Assembly: GCA_004764695.1 (NCBI GenBank)
Contig: SMSO01000007.1
Coordinates: forward strand, 124,001 to 188,000
Origin: Schizochytrium sp. TIO01
Taxonomy: Eukaryota > Protista > Bigyra: Labyrinthulomycetes
Direction: 5' to 3'
Length of the DNA: 64,000 nt
The notes under the pieces were generated by a model that saw only the letters and a list, made by a program, of their open reading frames with translations, did not search any database and was not told the DNA's origin. Made by a program: the position numbers and the translations under genes. Shown piece after piece: positions 11,685 to 24,023 of the stretch (the first letter of the stretch is position 1; each line of letters opens with the position of its first letter).

Positions 11685-12434
11685 GGCTTCAATCTCAGCT
11701 ATGGCGTTAGCTTTGACCTTTTTCCTGCGCTGACCAAGTCCACACCGCGAGCCTGCGTCTAGGGCAGGCTTTCGCGGATCCCGAGCAATTCGGTTTGCTG
11801 TCTTGAGGGTTGTTTCTATTGCTATTCTGTGCTCTTGAAGTCTTCAACAGAACTTCGATTCTGATTCCCTAGTAAACACATAAGTACCCTTATAGAGGTA
11901 CATTTCAAGAGAAGAACTCGCCGTCTAAATGCAACTCAGGACAAAGCTCATCCATTTCATGATTATAGACATCCATATAAAGCTTTGCAGTGCTGAAGAA
12001 TTAGACTATGGCACAGTAGCGATCGCTGCAATAGTGCGACGAGAACGATAAGATCTACAGAGTGTTCACACGTTTGAACAAAGCAGAAACATAATCATCA
12101 TCGTGAGCACGGGAAGTAAGTTTTTGTAAAGGGTGAAAGCTGATTTATAACCTACTTTAATCCTCTAGTAAATAAGTGAAGAATAAATTGACAAACTAGA
12201 GCAAATAGAATAGAACAATGTCAAATGGATGAAAAGAAGATTAAAAAGCCATATCCGCATCAACAATTGTTGCAACAGCGCCAACAGATCGGTAATCAGA
12301 GACTTGTCTTCGGCGCCTCTACTGCAGAGCTCCGATCGACTGGTTTTTCGATTCGTCTCTTGTTGCTCGTAGCAAATCAGAGCCAGGCCTCTGTGCGGCG
12401 TTTTCTTATCTGCTAGGTTGTCAACACTCTCGCC
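11685..12434. promoter_or_regulatory. Putative bidirectional promoter/5'UTR region between divergent MTHFR and CDK7
   Basis: 750 bp between divergent start codons; positional inference only. Confidence 0.45.
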
Positions 12435-13798
12435 ATGAGCATCGAAGGCAACTCGAGCTATCAGCTGGACCGCGAGGTCGGTCGTGGTGCCTTTGCTGCA
12501 GTATACCTTGCGCACAGAACAGAAGATGGCCTTAAAGTTGCTATCAAGCATGTGCTTAGGAAGTCACGACGCGTCGGCGTTGACTGGACTGCGCTACGTG
12601 AAGTAAAGCTCCTTCGAGAGCTGCAACATGAAAACATTGTGCGGGTAAGTTTGCGCGGCTCAGAAAATTCATATAATTGAGACGGCGGTTTGCACAAGCG
12701 AGAAGCTCTTCAACAACAGCCATTTGTTGCAGTTAAATTATGTAAATATGATGATGCTTGGACTAAACATGAAGATAAACTAACAGGTGGTATTTTGACG
12801 CACATTTTCTTGCGTGCATATGGTGGGTGGGATACACTCTTTATAGGTTCTTGACGTGTTCGCATTACCAGGTAGTATTAACATGGTGATGGAGTTGTGT
12901 CCTTTTGACCTAAAGAAGGTTATTGATAATAAAGCTGTTTTACTCACCGAAGAACACATCAAGAGCTACATGAAAATGATGCTAGTGGGCACCAAGGTCA
13001 TGCATGAGTTCTGGGTGTTGCACCGAGTACGTTTAGATTCTTAACTGATAGGGTCTGTGCAACTAGAGGGCTAGTTAAACGCATGCTATTTACTCGTCTG
13101 TTTGGGCTTTGCGTTTGCCATGTTTACTAACCTTTGAAAGGTGAGATCGGTCGCGCAAACACAGGATCTGAAACCTGACAATTTATTGATTGGCGATGAC
13201 CGTCGCCTCAAGCTTGCTGATTTTGGTTTGGCACGTATCTTTGGCGACGAGGAAACGCGGATCACATACAAGGTTGTCACATTGTAAGTAACTCTTCCAA
13301 GTTTTATAATGCACGCGTGGAAAAGTAATTCTGACGATTCTTTGCGGAAAATACTCATTTTTTTAAAATGATGACAGGCCCTATCGCGCCCCTGAGCTTT
13401 TATTTGGTGCTCGCGAGTATGGTGTCGGGGTAGATATTTGGTCAATTGGATGTATTATGGCAGAGTTAATGGCACGTAAGATCTTTTTGCCAGGTACCAG
13501 CGACGAGGACCAATTGGGTAAAATTTTCTGGATGTTTGGCACACCCACAGAAAAGGAATGGCCCAAGATGGCTGCCCTCAAAAATTACGTCAAGTTTACA
13601 GAAAGATCCCCTGTTAGTTTGCGGGACATGTTTAAGGCGTATTCGGCAGAGGCGATCGATCTCTTGGAGGGGCTCATGAAAATTAATCCCTTGGACCGCC
13701 TCACTGCACAACAGGCTCTTGAGCACAAATTCTTTACAACAAGCGAGCACCCTGCAACTCCTCCAGAACAGCTCCCCTTTGATGCCCTCAAGTCCTAA
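12435..13798 (+). CDS. CDK7: CDK7/CDKD-type CDK-activating kinase (309 aa); exons 12435-12644, 12847-13026, 13165-13283, 13378-13798
   Basis: [29 protein letters not shown] (cf. CDK7 NRTALRE), spliced LHR|[32 protein letters not shown]; three GT-AG introns restore the frame. Confidence 0.88.
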
Positions 13799-14222
13799 AA
13801 GAGAGGACGTGTTCTTTGCATTTTCTATTGGCAGTTGACTAGATAGGTTTCCTAATCGCTGCTTGATTTTAATCCAAGGCCGTAATGACTGATACTTAGC
13901 TGTCTAGCACGATGATTGGTTGACCCTTTCTATCGTTTTTTGTTTTTGTTTTTAAACAAACTTCATGTGACATCATTGCTTTGTTTTTGCGTATCTTCCG
14001 TATGCTATGTTATAGATACGATGCTTCCGAAAAATCTACATATCCATGAGATATCAAAATCGCTTTTCAACGAAAGCTATCAGAGTATAGTCGTTTGCTT
14101 GGGGGCTCTTCATGTAGCAACAAGAAAAGCAAAGTAAATAGTTAAACTTTAGGTATATGAAACAGAAGCTCAACAAGTCTATGTAGCTATAAAAAAAACC
14201 TGCAATCCAACTCTTCAATATT

Positions 14223-15914
14223 CTATAGCTCTTTTTCAAGAACTGACTCCGCAGCCATAATCGTCAAGACATCTTGGCCAACACAGAAATCTTGGATCAT
14301 TTCTGAGTGCATTATTTCAAATCCTTCACTGTCGTATACAGAGAAATCGTGTACCTTAGTCGCCTCAAGTCCAACGCGAGGATCTGACAATAAGCTTGCT
14401 ACCGTGGTTTGAGGGTCATATGCCAAGGCTACTTTTCTTCCGGTCGCAGCAATACTAAGTCGGCAGCGGACCCGACGAGAGGTCTCAGCAATTTTTGGGC
14501 CAACGTCTTCGTTTGTTGGTGAGGAGGAGGGTGGGCCTCCAAGGTGTGACAGACGAGGGCCACTGGGTTGCACCAAGTGTGGTACAACTGGATCGCGATG
14601 TTCTATTTGCGCACCGGACCCAAGGGCCATGCCGAGCAAACCCATATCGCCACCCATCCCACCTGACCCCTTTAAGGTTCGCTCAGAGTTAGGGTCTGTT
14701 TGGGATTTCTGCATCCCATCTTTTAATATTTCGAGCGAAATTACCACCCTTGTCTGTGAAACTTCTGGTTTATAGAGCTGGCCATTTCCATCAACAGGGC
14801 GTACTGTGAGCTCCCAACTGGATGTCTTACTAATATTTTCTACCATCATTGCAACCGTGCCGGTCTCATCGCAGGTCAGAGTACCTTGCCTCGCCTCAAG
14901 ATCAGGCATATTCAAAGGGACCATATCTACGAGGACTTGACGGGACGGTGGAATGGTGTCTGGGTGTATACGCAATTCAATTGCTTTGTAAGTCTCACTA
15001 ATTTGCGCCGCATCACCTTCCACGGGGGATATCAAGCTTATCGCGGGAGGCGCCACGGTAGAGGCTGTTGATACAAAGTCGACTCTTGGAGATGGCGAAG
15101 GCCAGATCGCAATTTCAGGGTGGTGTTTGTCCACGACCTCGATCCACATTGTATGATTTCCCGCAGGAACAGTCGAAAGGTATAGCTTCATGGAGCGTTG
15201 CTGCGCCTCAGAGATGCTATCGACTTCGTTTGGGTGAGCGTCATCACTGTCTGCTTCACGAGCATCTTTCAAGGAACTGCTACTATCTCCCCATGCAATT
15301 TTACCTACTACATAGCCATCGACAATGAGGTTCAACTGACCATGGGTTTCCAGGTCGATGTCGCGACACATTTCAGCCCATGCACATTTTACTACAACTG
15401 GTACACTTGGCCACGCCTGCGAAGAGTTCACCTCCAACCTGAAGAGATAATTTTGCTGTGTCCCTATGCTGTCTTTGCCATTCGAGGCTATATCGAAAAG
15501 CCTATTGTCTAGTCCAATTTGAGAGCGCTCGATTTCATCTCCATTTTCATTAAAGTGAATGAGCTTTACTATGTTATGCTCAGCCCCGCCATTGTCTCGG
15601 CTTTCTACAGAAGTCTTTCGGTCGTACTTTGCTCGTTCGGTACTAAGTTGCATGGTTTTGCTGAGTTCTGCTAACGCTAGTGCATCAAGGGAGGTTGTTT
15701 CTTTGGCGTTGAAGCGCCTTCGCGTGTGCCACACGCTGACCTCGAGGATTGAGTTTTCCTGTGCCTGCTCAAGGTCCACCACCATGACCGGCAGGATCCA
15801 GCTAACCGTTTCTCCCGCGTTGTCTAGCCTGCGGAGAGCGCCATCTGCCTCAGCCCACAATGAAAGTGCTGAGATTGACGCAGCCAGCGCTGCCGCCGCA
15901 AAGGAGAACCGCAT
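14223..15914 (-). CDS. Hypothetical secretory-pathway protein (563 aa) with signal peptide
   Basis: N-terminal MRFSFAAAALAASISALSLWAEA signal peptide; beta-rich middle; C-terminus ...LEKEL. Confidence 0.8.
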   Translation of the reverse strand: MRFSFAAAALAASISALSLWAEADGALRRLDNAGETVSWILPVMVVDLEQAQENSILEVSVWHTRRRFNAKETTSLDALALAELSKTMQLSTERAKYDRKTSVESRDNGGAEHNIVKLIHFNENGDEIERSQIGLDNRLFDIASNGKDSIGTQQNYLFRLEVNSSQAWPSVPVVVKCAWAEMCRDIDLETHGQLNLIVDGYVVGKIAWGDSSSSLKDAREADSDDAHPNEVDSISEAQQRSMKLYLSTVPAGNHTMWIEVVDKHHPEIAIWPSPSPRVDFVSTASTVAPPAISLISPVEGDAAQISETYKAIELRIHPDTIPPSRQVLVDMVPLNMPDLEARQGTLTCDETGTVAMMVENISKTSSWELTVRPVDGNGQLYKPEVSQTRVVISLEILKDGMQKSQTDPNSERTLKGSGGMGGDMGLLGMALGSGAQIEHRDPVVPHLVQPSGPRLSHLGGPPSSSPTNEDVGPKIAETSRRVRCRLSIAATGRKVALAYDPQTTVASLLSDPRVGLEATKVHDFSVYDSEGFEIMHSEMIQDFCVGQDVLTIMAAESVLEKEL

Positions 15915-18900
15915 CGATTGCAGTCTGGCCTTGACCGGAGTATTGATCTTATCAACCTCAGTTTTTCTGCCTCAATCCGCGAGCGGTTCTCAACCTGAGT
16001 ATCTCTGTCATGCTTCTTCAAGTTTTGCTTTCTTTTTAATCTTTTTCCAGTTTCTTTCAATGTCTCTTTATTCCACTTCTTTCTCTTTTTCTCTTTCTCT
16101 CCGCCTTTTCTTCCGGGACAAGTTCTTCGCGCATATAGAACAGAACAGAACAGAACAGAACAGAGTTAGTTGATTTCTGCCTCGCAAATCTAGTTTTTCA
16201 TAAACTCGCGTTTTGCTCTGCTGTTCCGCCTGCCACTGCACTTGCTCTCGGGATTTTTATGATTCAACTTTGTTCAGTCACGATCGCACTCAACATTTTG
16301 CTCATGACCTGGTGCGTGATGTTTTCTGCATCAATTCGACGAGGGTGGATATCCAGAGTGGTGTCCTTTTCAAGCTGGCAAAGGCTTGCGGTTTCTAAAA
16401 CTCGTGCACTTGTGAGTTTTCAAGCTAGCCTCTTCAGGCGATACCAGTTCGAGACAAGCTGCCATTCAATTGATTTGTTGGGATTGCGAGCTATCCTGAA
16501 GTTGCGGATGCTCCTGTTCTGTTCGACAACCTCCGACGACAGAATTACCAAGATACCTCGGTGGTAGATCAAAGGCTGTCTCTGCATCTATCACACGTGC
16601 TAAAGGGAGACCAAACTGCGTCTGATTGTTTGTTGGTCTTCACCGATTCCATATTGTTGTTTTCATCATCAGGCTTTCGTTGGTCTTTTCGATCTTTATG
16701 TTTGGGGTGACGACTCTGAAGTTGTCTGCTACTCCGTACTCCGCTAGTTACTGCTTTTTTAGAAAAGACTCTTTCTTTACCTTGAAGTAGCCAACTTCGT
16801 GTGGCAAGCGTGTCACGTCTTCAGCTCTGTGTGTGTTTCCTCTCTTTCCACCATCCTCATCGCATCGTAGAGACTGCCTTTGAGGTCGTCTCGTAAGCTG
16901 TCCAAGTCAAACTCGGAGTCTCCAAGAACTTGAAGTCGCTTCTCATTCTCAAACCATGCTTTACACTTGACCAAATATAGAACAACAACAATACGAAAGA
17001 AGTGAAGACTCAAAACGCAGAGGGGCCTCACGAGCTCCAGCCTGCGGGTCTCTCGCGCCAGCTGCAAGCCTTGCGATCTCGAGGTCTGCGCCAACTCGAG
17101 TTGTAGCAGCAATCACCATCGCTTATTGATTGATCTGTGTTTTCAATGTGCTATTGTAAACCATAATTTTCTTCTTCTTTTTTTTCTTTTTCTTTTGTCT
17201 AAGTCAGAGAAAACCCATTCTCTGGATCTGCCAATCAATAATCAATAACCGTCCACAAACTTCGCCATTCAACCAAAATAAATGAACGGCGTCCTCCAAA
17301 GAGAAGAGCCCATCGTTGCGAACAGCATCGACAGCACCGACCATCATAAAGCTGGCTAATTTAATTGCTCCTTAGCTACTGCTGAAGCCTCGTTTCGGGC
17401 TCTGCGAAGTTTCTATTCTACAATTTGCAGTGAATGAATGAATGAATGAATGAATTAATTAATTCCATTCTCTTCCCACCAAAAAGGAAAAGTCACTTTC
17501 CCTTTTCCTTCTTTCCATTTCAATTGTTAGATATTACTTAATCCTGCTTCCCTTCCAAGTAGATCATGTTACCCAACCATAACATTAGTAAAACCCTCAT
17601 GAATAATATCAGCAATCATATCGATACCTTTCGGTAACACTAAATCTCTGTACCACTGAGAACACTCTAAGAACACTACACTTTCATTATGGTAGGTGCT
17701 CCTTGTTCCAAATACCTTTTCAAAGTTCTATTCAACTCTTTAAAAAAATAAAAAAAATAAGAAGAATCATTTGAAACAGAAAAAACATGTGTAGAAAAAT
17801 AAATAAATAATAATAATAATAATAATAATATCAAAACATCGAAATATCGAAATGCCAAATCCAAAAAGGTTCTCTCGAAGAGCTCAAAAGGCCAAGGCCT
17901 CCCGCTCGTGCTGTCCACAGACCCGCCACATCCCCCAACACGCAGACCACGTTCTTACGATACGGCTATTTGATCATCCAACTACTTCTCATTCAACAGC
18001 AATGATCGCTAACATAATGGACCCTATTGTAATTTATGGGCCCTCTTGTCACAATAATAATAATAATCATCATCATCATCATAATAATAATAATAATGAG
18101 ATAAATAGTAATGCCATGAAAGAGAATGAAAAGGACGAATCGCCGTATTACAGGAACACCGCTCTTCCCATTTCCTGCCCGCCAGTCTCGCTCCGGGCCG
18201 CAGGGCTTCAGCGGCGGCCCACGCCCGCCGGCCCACGCCTGCTCCCGAGCCAGCCCCGGCTCGCTCCAGCTCTTGCGCGTGTTGGTTTGTTCCTTGCTTG
18301 CTTGCTTGCTTGCTTTCTTTCTTTCTTGGTTTGCTTCTCTGTTTCATCGATTGCGGATATTGAGATTGCTGAGAAGAAGAGCCCTCAGTCTGCCCTTGGA
18401 CACTGGGCTCCGCAAGTGGACTATCCGGACCTCCACAGTAGGTTATAGCCCCTCCCTAAAGTGACTTATAGCCAGGCAAGTGGAGAATAGCGCCTATAAC
18501 TCACTGCCAGCAGAGCGCGAGGCGCCTGTGGAACAGAACGCGAGTCAGAACGCCGCGCGGGTGCCCCGGGGTCTGGTAATTAGTTGTTTATGCGGAGAAG
18601 CTGACGGTAGCAGTGAGTAGGGTCTATATAGGCAAAATGGTCTCTTCGCTCCGCTTCAAAGGATTCCTGTGAGTTGGATGAAGAAGTAGTAGAACGAAGT
18701 TGGAGAAGCACAGTTATGAAAGATCGTTGTGTCAAAGTTGCATGGTCTGTGTTGAAATGTGGAGCTCAGGAGTGCTTGGAGAAGGGTCGATTGAGAGGGA
18801 AGACTGGTTGTTCAGAAGCTTCCTCGTTTTGGGTCCCGCTGAGGTCTTGGGTTTTAATTAAAGCTGAGGATCTAACTTCAAGCTCAAAGTTCAATGTCGA

Positions 18901-19221
18901 TCAGAATTCAGGTTTGGTAATTCAATCTTCTTCGAGGCGTGGAAGACATCCGTGGATCCAAGCTTCTTTACGTTTCGTGAATGAATACTTTCCATGAACG
19001 ATGCTTTCCATGAACGATGCTGATGATGCTAATTCGCAACCCATTCTCAACTTGTTGGAAATGAACTCGACAATCTCAATCTGATGACCATCTATTTACA
19101 GCAAATCGATCGTTCTGAAGAGAAGAGAGTACCTACCCAAGTCTTCGCAACAACACGGTCAGCGAGAACCAAAGCCAATCCTGATCTTATCTTGGATGAG
19201 ACCTCGTTCACGATTGCCAAC

Positions 19222-19376
19222 AACATCAATAACAACAACAACAACAACAATAACAACAACAACAATAACAACAACAGCAACAATAGCAAAAAAAAAAAAA
19301 AAAAAAAAATGGGTCAAAGAATCAATCAATCAATCAATCAAACAAACAAACAAACAAACAAACAAACAAACAAAAG
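19222..19376. repeat. Compound (AAC)n / poly-A / (ATCA)n / (AAAC)n microsatellite
   Basis: Direct reading. Confidence 0.9.
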
Positions 19377-19575
19377 AATAAAAGAAAGAGAAACTGACTG
19401 AAAGGAAGGCGAAGAAGGTTTCAAGAAAGAGGCGCTCGAGCAGAGCCCGTCCGCGATCTCGGTTCGCACGGGCCTTCAGGAGCCTCAGGATCAGCAGCGA
19501 GCCGCTCTGCGAGTTTCGCCTCCCTCTTCGCTGCACTCATTGCTATTCACTCAGGCATTGATGCTGCATCTCTGT

Positions 19576-19642
19576 CTGTATCTCTGTTTCTCTGTTTCTC
19601 TGTTTCTCTGTTTCTCTGATTCTCTGTTTCTCTGATTCTCTG
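19576..19642. repeat. (TCTCTGTT)n 8-bp tandem repeat
   Basis: Direct reading. Confidence 0.8.
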
Positions 19643-19762
19643 TCGCATCTTTCACGGACAGTGATGAGTATGTAATGCATTGAAAGGCAAAAGAGAGAGA
19701 GAAAGAGAGAAAGAAAGAGAACTTTGAAGAGAAATCGTTGATCGACCAAAAGAAAGAAAGAG

Positions 19763-19763
<1 letters not shown>

Positions 19764-19824
<61 letters not shown>
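19764..19824. repeat. (GAAA)n microsatellite
   Basis: About 15 units. Confidence 0.95.
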
Positions 19825-20524
19825 TTTTCATTGAGTGAAAGAGAGACCTGAAAGAGAGAAAGAGACAACGCGATAGAACTCAGGAAGGATTAAGGGTGAT
19901 CCTCACTCCGTTTGAGGCAGCGCTTCGAAGGCAAAGCGTCGTCCGCTCTGGCCTTCGATGGCCCTGTCTCGAGGACAGTAGATGGTCGCTGGCAAGGCAA
20001 CCAATGCAATGCACGAGCTTCGCAGGCGGCAGTGAATCAATCAATCAATCAATCAATCGATCAATCAATCAATAAATAAATAAATGGGTCATTCATTCAT
20101 TACATAAAGAAACAATCAAATTCGTATCGTAATGAACCTATCAAAACTCAGTTTCTTTCTCTCTCTTCTGTATTTACATACGTATACGTACTCTGCAATT
20201 AGATAGAGGTGTTAGTAGAAGTAGAGCTATGAAAGGCTTTTTAAGTGTAAGAAAGAAAGTGATTGAGTTGAAAGGCATAATAGGGAGGTAGTAGTTAGGT
20301 AGGGAGTAGTAGGTAAGGCGCTGTTCTAAAATTGAACAACGAAGAAGTTCTTTCAGGGTTGAAAAGAATAAAAGAATAACCAAATCGTCAATCTCAGCTG
20401 GCTGTTGAGGATCCTTCGCGGCGCCTCGGGGCAGGTCGTCCTCGGCCACGCAGGCAGGAAAGTAGGCAGGCAGAACACAATCGCCGCGGCGGCTGGACCA
20501 CCTCTCTTTATCTTCCCCTGCACC

Positions 20525-21541
20525 ATGTCACTCCCGCTCTCCAGGCATATCATGCCGCGTCTCCTGACTTCACCCATGGCTTCCGTGACCATGAACTCCG
20601 CTCGGCGCCGCCTAGGCCCGTGGCACTCCATCTCTCGCACGTTCACCGCGGGCGACAAAGCGGGCATCCTTCGCGTGTCTGAGGATGATAAGAATGAACA
20701 GGTGCTGGGGTCCTCGGAGGGCCCGATCTGGCACCATGCGTCTTCGATCAAGGGCATGCGGCGGTCCATGGAGGACCGCTTCGACGTGCTGGCTCCCAAA
20801 CTGGACGATAGCGCATTATCTTACTTTGCTGTTTTCGACGGCCATGCTGGAAGCGACTGCGCCGAGTTTCTGAGCAAGGTTCTCATTGATTCATGTAGCA
20901 GCGAGCCAGACGCACTTATGGCAGATCCCGAGGCCTTCTTGAAAGCTCGTTTCCTTGACCTCGACGACCGCTACTGCGAATACGCCTCCTCGCTCAGCAA
21001 ACACGATGGAAGCACAGCAGTACTCGCAGTCGTTGAACGGGAGCCATCCACAGCCTGCCCGTACGCTCTCTGGGTCGCCAGCACCGGAGACTCAAGAGCG
21101 CTTGTGGTCCGAAAATCAGGCAAAGTTAAACAACTCACAAGAGATCACTCGCCTTCAGAACCCGATGAACGCAAACGCGTAGAAGACGATGGAGGTTTCG
21201 TCAAGTTTGTGACAAACCCCTTCTTCAGCTCTGGGGAAGGCACTCTCCGCGTGAACGGAGTGCTTGCAATGACAAGGGCATTTGGAAACTATTCCATGAA
21301 ACCTTTCGTGACGGCAGAACCCGAGGTTTTCAAGCGCAAGATCCGCAAAGACGACCTGTACCTGTGTCTTGCTACTGATGGCCTCAGTGAGACGGTCACA
21401 GATGATGAAATTGGACAGTACCTCCTTAGATACGGAGCGTACAAGGGCGTCGAAAAACTCGCCAACCTTGCGCTGGAAAGGGGTTCTTCGGATAATATCA
21501 CGGTCCTCGCAGCACAGCTTAATCTGAACATCATGTGCTGA
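20525..21541 (+). CDS. Protein phosphatase 2C (PPM family), possibly mitochondrion-targeted
   Basis: GMRRSMEDRF, FAVFDGHAG, DGSTA, GDSRA, LTRDH, RVNGVLAMTRAFG, LATDGL, GSSDNIT; probable ATG at 20525 with an R/S-rich, acid-free N-terminus. Confidence 0.92.
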   Translation: MSLPLSRHIMPRLLTSPMASVTMNSARRRLGPWHSISRTFTAGDKAGILRVSEDDKNEQVLGSSEGPIWHHASSIKGMRRSMEDRFDVLAPKLDDSALSYFAVFDGHAGSDCAEFLSKVLIDSCSSEPDALMADPEAFLKARFLDLDDRYCEYASSLSKHDGSTAVLAVVEREPSTACPYALWVASTGDSRALVVRKSGKVKQLTRDHSPSEPDERKRVEDDGGFVKFVTNPFFSSGEGTLRVNGVLAMTRAFGNYSMKPFVTAEPEVFKRKIRKDDLYLCLATDGLSETVTDDEIGQYLLRYGAYKGVEKLANLALERGSSDNITVLAAQLNLNIMC

Positions 21542-24023
21542 GGATCATGTACGCACATACTTACCTCCTCTTGGTCAAGTTATCCATCCTATCAGATTTC
21601 ACTCTATCTATAGCGTCGAATTGTGTAGAAAAGTGGTGTGTGGCGAAGTGCTATTGGACATCTACGCGTGCAAAGAAAAACAAGTATAAAACGGGTCACC
21701 TTACTAGTTTGTTTCAAGCGGGTTCCTGCACGCGTTAGCGTTTGTCTATGGTATGCACGCACACATTCTATGTTCTTTCACAATCGCGCTTGTATGTATA
21801 TCGCGAAGCGAGCTCTTTTCTGCATGCATGATGTTTTTTGCTTTTTCTCTCTCACACACACTCTCTCTGTGTACTATCATTGTAGGTTTGCCTGCCTAAC
21901 CCTTGGTTTGCAGAGGAAGCTGTGAGGTATGTATCAGCAAAAGCAGAATCATGAGCAAAGCTTTTGCAGGAGCTTCATTAAGTTATAAGGCTGTCAATGC
22001 TGTGCTTTCTTGAGCGTAGGGCCAGAAGGAATAATACGTCAAGGTATAAATCAATGCGAGGCCAATTTTTGTCAAAGCAATCGAGCTACTCGGCTATCCG
22101 AGGCGGATACCATTAATTATAACTACAAGCAGCAGAAGGAAGCGCAGGAAATTCCAACGAAAGGGCACTCATTCGTTTAGAGAACACGTAACATGTACTT
22201 CAACAAACAGCAAGCAATGGAACCTGCGGAGAAGGTCTTTGGGTAACAGTGACATCTCGAAGTTCTCGATTACTCTCTCTTTCTGTGGTCCTTCTTTTCA
22301 TCATCAAAGACTCTGACCCTCTGTCCTAGGTGAATCGCCGATTTCTAGGATACCACTCCTCTGACTTCAAATAAGCAGCAGAGTTGTTCACCTTCTTTTC
22401 CCGTCTTCTTCAATACTAAAACAAGATACTCGTGTGCCTACTCAATGGCATAAATAACAACTAGCAAGAACAAAAAGGCAAGCTTGGGTCATCCCTTATA
22501 TATCCTTCTCCCCACCTTCCGCTGTTTGTTCGTTCATCTTCCATGTCAACGGGCACCGACTCTTCCAGCATCATTCTTCTCTTACTCCACAAAAGAAAAG
22601 AAAATTAAAAAATCGAGCGGCGAGGACTTCCTCCATGTTGCAGTGGTGACTCCAGTGGTGAGTGATTTTATAATTTAAAAACAACCTGGAAACCCTGCAA
22701 CTCCTTCGCCCATTCTCTTATCTATACCTCCTACTACTTATATAATGCATTTAACGCAACGATTCCTGTCCTCTTTTTATGGATGCTATCTACTACCTTT
22801 GACCTACCCACCTACCATCATCATCATGAAAAGCAAAACACACATGCCCCCGAGTACTCTCATTTGTTCCTTCGTTTTTGAGATGTCTTTCCCCATCAAT
22901 TGATCGAATCGAAAAGTCTTTTTAGCAATAGTATTGGCAACGTATGCGCCAAGGCATTAGTTGTAATGCTGAGAGAGAACCAAACGCTAATATTGTTCAA
23001 CTAAGTTGCATTTAGTAAATCATGAACTTGCTTGCTTGATTTGATGTGATACACCCCAGGTCATTTTGGTTGCTTGTGCGCGTGTGCGCGCGTGCGTGTA
23101 CGCGGGCATACTGTTGTGATTAAGTCTTTGCCGCACGAATGTATACCCAATAAATACAAAGCCAACTCAGAATAGATCAATTAAATGACTGGTGTCCATG
23201 AATTCATGCACTTATTCATTCTTCATATGTACTATTTGCCATTATTTAATTTGACGAACAATATCTAAAACAACTAGCTCAGCTCAAAGGGCCCCAAGTC
23301 GGTGGCTGCGGAACTAGATACTCATAAAGTTCTTCAGGAAGTGAAGTATATTTTGCGGGTTATTTTGCTACTCGACACTCTTCTGTTGCAAAATATAACA
23401 ATAAGAAGAAAAAAAAAAAAAGAGTAGCACGAAATAAAGCCAAACCAGAAGCACCAGAAACCAACAGAGGTAAATATATCTTATGGTAGACTCAATAAGG
23501 ATGATTATCAAAATGTTACAGATCGTATTGATCACAGCTTTAAACATCAATCTTTTTGTGGATACAACACTGGATGCCTTCTCAAAAGACAAAAAGGTAC
23601 GATGAGGTAGAGCAAAGTTGACGGTAGTTGGAAATAAGGCTTTGGTAAGACGGCAACCATCCGGACTCTGCTTGGTCAAGCTTTCACCCCAGAGTATGAC
23701 TTAACGTTGGTGCCAATCCCTATGACATCAAGCTCCCGCGACAGGATGCACTAGTCCCCCATGCATGGGATTAGGGGGTATCTGGCAAGTTTTAGCGGAA
23801 AATATCAAAAACTCATATAGGAGTAATATGGACATGTATAGTTGCACATATTGTTTATAATACCCCCCTTGGTTGAAACGGCAATATTGTGTAGAACTGC
23901 AATTCTTGATATGCGCAGAAACGTGAACACGAATAAGGGTTTCTGGGAAAGTTTGGGCCTGCCAGAACGGGCAGCCCTTCATTTGAGGATAGAAGCTTGG
24001 CGCAGGAGGTAGGGTTGAAGAGG

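Noticed and set aside
17852-19868. Poly-N/H/L and SFFL ORFs
   Set aside because: Stop-free because of simple repeats; no domain signal
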